Positions 7,076 through 10,268 of a DNA stretch of 10,268 bases are shown piece by piece. A program made the translations under genes and the position numbers. Below the pieces are notes generated by a model. The model made no database searches and had not been told where the DNA came from. It was given only the letters and a program-made list of their open reading frames with translations. This stretch comes from a virus (taxonomy: Duplodnaviria > Heunggongvirae > Uroviricota > Caudoviricetes), in the IMG/VR virus record IMGVR_UViG_2563366845_000009, positions 1 to 10,268 of that record; one strand, given 5' to 3'. Every line of letters begins with the position of its first letter. Positions within the stretch are counted from its first letter, which is position 1.

Positions 7076-8985
7076 ATCACTGGTACACCATTAAGGCGGC
7101 GGGTGTTCGCGGAGCGGCAGAAATATCCATCTATGAAGAAATTGGCGGCTTCGGTATCACCGCGAAGCAGTTTGCGGAAGACCTGAAAGCCCTGGGCGAT
7201 GTCTCACATATCGACCTGCGGATCCATTCGCCAGGTGGTGACGTGTTTGAAGGCATCGCCATCTATAACCTGTTACGGAATCATCCGGCAGAAATTACGG
7301 TTTATATCGATGGTGTTGCGGCTTCAATGGCTTCGGTTGTCGCAATGGCTGGCGATCGTGTTGTGATGCCGGAAAACGCCATGATGATGATACATAAGCC
7401 GTGGGGTATCTCTGGCGGAAATGCTGGTGATATGCGTGATTATGCTGATTTGCTGGATAAGGTGGAAACCGTGTTAATCCCTGCTTATGCCAGAAAAACG
7501 GGCAAATCAGCACAGGAAATTACCGCCATGCTGGAAGATGAAACCTGGATGGACGGGAAAGAATGCCTTAAGCAAGGTTTTGCTGATGAATTGTTGCCAT
7601 CCGTCAGAGCAATGGCGCGAATTGAATCGAAACGCACAGGAGATTTTTCACACATGCCGGAAACCATTAAAGGAATGATTACCCCGCCACAGGGAGCAGC
7701 CAATATTGCTGGTAATGAACAGAAGCGCATCAACGGAATAAGTGAAGTGTTTAGCCTGTTCGGCAGTCGTTACGACGGGATCAAAATGGCGTGCCTGGAA
7801 GATGCATCATGTACACCGGAGATGGCCCGTGAAAAGTTGTTGAACGAGATGGGGCGCGAGTCCACGCCATCAAATAAAAATACCCCGGCTCATATTTATG
7901 CCGGTAACGGGAACATAACAGGTGATGCAATTCGTCAGGGGCTTTATTCTCGTCTCGGGTATGAACGCCCAGAGCGGGGAAATCCTTACGCGATGATGAG
8001 CCTTTTTGAAATGGCCCAGGCATCACTAACGGATCGTGGTATCAGTGTTGGCGGTTTTTTAAATCGCTCGCAGGTCGTTAATGCAGCTTTCACACACAGC
8101 AGCAGCGATTTTTCTCATATTCTGGCTGGTGGTGCTGAAAAATCAGTACTGAAAGGCTGGCAGGACAGCGGCGAAACGTTTCAGAAATGGACGCGTACCG
8201 GATCGCTTTCAAACTTTCATGAAGCAAAGCGCGTTGGTCTGAATGGTTTTTCAAAGCTGGATAAAGTACCGGAAGGTGCGGAATATAAATACATCACCAC
8301 CAGAGATAAAGGTGTACCTATTGCGCTGGCCACGTACGGGAATATTTTTTCCGTTACCCGTCAGGCCATTATCAACGATGACCTGACCCAGTTAACTACA
8401 ATCCCCATGGCGATGGGGCGTGCGGCCGCCAGAACAGTAGGTAATCTGGTTTATCTTCTGTTAACCAGCAACGGCAAATTTACGGATGGTAAAGCGTTAT
8501 TCCATGCCGATCATAAAAATCTTATTGCGAAGGATATGGACATGGAGGGGCTTAACGAAGCCCGTAAGCTGATGCGACTACAGGAGGATGCCAACGGCGA
8601 CTCCCTGAATATTACCCCCGCTTTTGTTCTGGTCCCTGCTGCGCTGGAGTCTGCCGCACATCGCGCCATTCTGTCATCGTCATCACTCTTTCCGGTTGAT
8701 GGTGAGGGCACTATCAATCAGAACCCCGGCATCATTAACGTGGTGAAAGATATGGCTGAGGTTATTGTTGAGCCACGTCTTGATAAGAACAATAACAAGG
8801 AGTGGTATGTAGCCGCAGCGAAAGGGATGGACACGATAGAGGTCGCTTATCTTGATGGTATTGATACGCCATATCTTGAGGAGCAGGAGGGCTTTACTGT
8901 TGATGGTGTCGCCTGGAAGGTGCGCATAGATGCAGGTGTTGCGGCCCTCGATTATCGTGGACTACTGAAATCGAGTGGAGCATGA
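7072..8985 (+). CDS. Fused prohead protease (ClpP/S14-like serine protease) and HK97-fold major capsid protein
   Basis: 637 aa; N-terminal ~200 aa has the ClpP-like catalytic Ser context (GVAASMASVVAMAG) and His context (MMMIHKPWG); the C-terminal ~400 aa is consistent with a Mu gpT / HK97-type major head protein; an ORF of this length with no internal stops is strong coding evidence. Confidence 0.88.
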   Translation: MNHWYTIKAAGVRGAAEISIYEEIGGFGITAKQFAEDLKALGDVSHIDLRIHSPGGDVFEGIAIYNLLRNHPAEITVYIDGVAASMASVVAMAGDRVVMPENAMMMIHKPWGISGGNAGDMRDYADLLDKVETVLIPAYARKTGKSAQEITAMLEDETWMDGKECLKQGFADELLPSVRAMARIESKRTGDFSHMPETIKGMITPPQGAANIAGNEQKRINGISEVFSLFGSRYDGIKMACLEDASCTPEMAREKLLNEMGRESTPSNKNTPAHIYAGNGNITGDAIRQGLYSRLGYERPERGNPYAMMSLFEMAQASLTDRGISVGGFLNRSQVVNAAFTHSSSDFSHILAGGAEKSVLKGWQDSGETFQKWTRTGSLSNFHEAKRVGLNGFSKLDKVPEGAEYKYITTRDKGVPIALATYGNIFSVTRQAIINDDLTQLTTIPMAMGRAAARTVGNLVYLLLTSNGKFTDGKALFHADHKNLIAKDMDMEGLNEARKLMRLQEDANGDSLNITPAFVLVPAALESAAHRAILSSSSLFPVDGEGTINQNPGIINVVKDMAEVIVEPRLDKNNNKEWYVAAAKGMDTIEVAYLDGIDTPYLEEQEGFTVDGVAWKVRIDAGVAALDYRGLLKSSGA

Positions 8986-8992
8986 CAACAAG

Positions 8993-9015
8993 GGCGGCGA
9001 TAGCCGCCTTTTTTT
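8993..9015 (+). terminator. Rho-independent terminator downstream of the capsid gene
   Basis: GGCGGC-GATA-GCCGCC perfect 6-bp stem (8993-9008) followed by seven T (9009-9015); the T-run is also the first 7 nt of the cos repeat. Confidence 0.6.
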
Positions 9016-9090
9016 ACGGGTCCTCCCGGTGGAGTGGCCTTACCACGGGGCGGCAGACGCGCGGGTTTTCGCTATTTATGAGCCTTTTTC
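9009..9090 (+). other. Lambda-like cos site, copy B (cosQ/cosN plus proximal cosB), directly upstream of the small terminase gene
   Basis: Window CCACG|GGGCGGCAGACG|CGCGGGTTTTCGCTATTTATGA (9043-9082) compared with the lambda left end as recalled from memory (GGGCGGCGACCT CGCGGGTTTTCGCTATTTATGA): predicted 12-nt cohesive end GGGCGGCAGACG (9048-9059), followed by a 22-nt match to lambda. Upstream TACGGGTCCT matches the lambda right-end motif. Confidence 0.65.
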
Positions 9091-9192
9091 GGGTGCTGGT
9101 GGTGGTTTTGTTGTTCGCTCTATCTCTATGAATAAAAAGGGAAAGATAAAACAAATACACCAACCTGAAACATTACTTAAGTGGGGATATTG

Positions 9193-9735
9193 ATGAAATC
9201 GCACCTGATGAACAAAAAAAACATGGCGCAAAGCTGCCGTGTAAGTGCGACAGCGTTCGACAAGTGGGGAGTGACTCCCGTTGAACGTAAAGGCCGCGAG
9301 GCGTTTTATGATGTTGCCAGCGTAATAGACAATCGGGTTAGCAATGCAATTAACCAGATTACAGACGACAAAGGCGAGATTGATAATGATGAGCTTTTGC
9401 GAGTCAGGATCAGATTGCTGACAGCGCAGGCGGAGGCGCAGGAGCTTAAAAACGAGCGCGAACGCGGCGACGTGATTAGTACGGAATTTTGTATATATGC
9501 GCTTTCAAAACTGGCGAGTCAGATTTCATCTATCATGGACAGCCTGCCGCTTACCATGCAAAGGCGCTTCCCACAGATGACCCCCGCCATGCTGGATGGC
9601 CTGAAAAAAGAAGTTGTCAGAGCCTGTAACGCATGCACAAAACTTGATGAAAACATCCCGCGAATGCTGTCCGATTATCTGATGGAAACTACCGGAAATG
9701 TGTCTGATAAGTTTCAGCCGGATAAAGACAAGTAA
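9193..9735 (+). CDS. Terminase small subunit, lambda Nu1-like (winged-HTH cosB-binding)
   Basis: By recollection of lambda Nu1: LLTAQAEAQELKNERERGDVISTEFCIYALSKLASQISSIMDSLPLTMQRRFPQ aligns with RLTRAQADAQELKNARDSAEVVETAFCTFVLSRIAGEIASILDGLPLSVQRRFPE, and LDENIPRMLSDYL with LDELIPGLLSEYI. Start is ambiguous (GTG 9181, ATG 9193, ATG 9208); 9193 gives 180 aa. Confidence 0.85.
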   Translation: MKSHLMNKKNMAQSCRVSATAFDKWGVTPVERKGREAFYDVASVIDNRVSNAINQITDDKGEIDNDELLRVRIRLLTAQAEAQELKNERERGDVISTEFCIYALSKLASQISSIMDSLPLTMQRRFPQMTPAMLDGLKKEVVRACNACTKLDENIPRMLSDYLMETTGNVSDKFQPDKDK

Positions 9736-9753
9736 CGTAGTGCACAATGACCG

Positions 9754-9776
9754 AAGCCAGTTTACTGACTGGCTTT
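9754..9776 (+). terminator. Weak hairpin / possible terminator after the terminase gene
   Basis: AAGCCAGT-TTACTG-ACTGGCTT 8-bp stem (9754-9775) followed by only TTT. Confidence 0.3.
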
Positions 9777-9896
9777 CAGCGTTGCGCTGGTGGGAGTTAT
9801 GCGTCAGTGATGAACAAAAAATAATCGAAATCGACACCGAAAAATAAAACATCAAGTCATATCAATATATTGCATTGGTGGTGATGACGAATAAAA

Positions 9897-10268
9897 ATGC
9901 AAAAACTAGCCTTTTTCCGCGATGCTCCCGCCCCGTGGCAGGGCACCCCACCAGGAGGACCCGCCATCACTATGGAGGCCATGACCATGACCGAGACCGA
10001 AGCGCTCGGGATAATCCGCAGTATTACCGGAATCAGCCAGCAGGCTGACGAACAGGCCACGCAGCCGGATACAGTCACCGCTGAAAATTACGCGCGTGTG
10101 ATGGCTGAGGTGATGCGCCGTGACGGTATCGAGCTTAATGGCGTGGATATACGCAACATACGCACCAGAGTTCTGGAGATGTTGTCGTACCGTCGCCGCG
10201 TGCAGATGTACCAGGAGAAAGAAAAAATTACGTACCAGTGGAAGAAGCCGGAGCGGTTACGGCGATAA
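9897..10268 (+). CDS. Hypothetical protein (123 aa from ATG 9897; alternative 98-aa start at ATG 9972)
   Basis: Open frame ending at TAA 10266-10268; ATG 9897 has no Shine-Dalgarno; the in-frame ATG 9972 has AGGAGG (9953-9958) but a long 13-nt spacer. No recognisable motif. Confidence 0.4.
   Translation: MQKLAFFRDAPAPWQGTPPGGPAITMEAMTMTETEALGIIRSITGISQQADEQATQPDTVTAENYARVMAEVMRRDGIELNGVDIRNIRTRVLEMLSYRRRVQMYQEKEKITYQWKKPERLRR

Noticed and set aside
8975-9193. 72-aa + strand ORF spanning the capsid-terminase intergenic region
   Set aside because: It runs through the terminator hairpin and the cos repeat, has no ribosome-binding site, and its sequence is explained by the conserved cos DNA rather than by coding.

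Overview
This window looks like the left arm of an integrated phage-satellite-type island (PICI / capsid-forming-PICI-like), read entirely from sequence with no database search. In order on the + strand: a P4-type tyrosine integrase (1-1242), a small ORF with its own terminator, an AlpA-family regulator (1772-1978), a minus-strand ribbon-helix-helix (RHH) gene facing a promoter that carries two 12-bp direct repeats, five unassigned ORFs (2640-4163), a RepA/AAA_25-type helicase (4160-5566), an iteron origin (about 5565-5766), a small ORF coupled to an SSB gene (6017-6439), a regulatory gap, a small ORF coupled to a fused ClpP-like protease / major capsid gene (7072-8985), a lambda-like cos site, a lambda Nu1-like small terminase (9193-9735) and one more unassigned ORF. 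The most striking signal is a 45-bp identical cos-like core present twice in direct orientation (6472-6516 and 9009-9053), bracketing the capsid module. No tRNA, rRNA, CRISPR array or transposase was seen; the chromosomal attachment site must lie upstream of the window.
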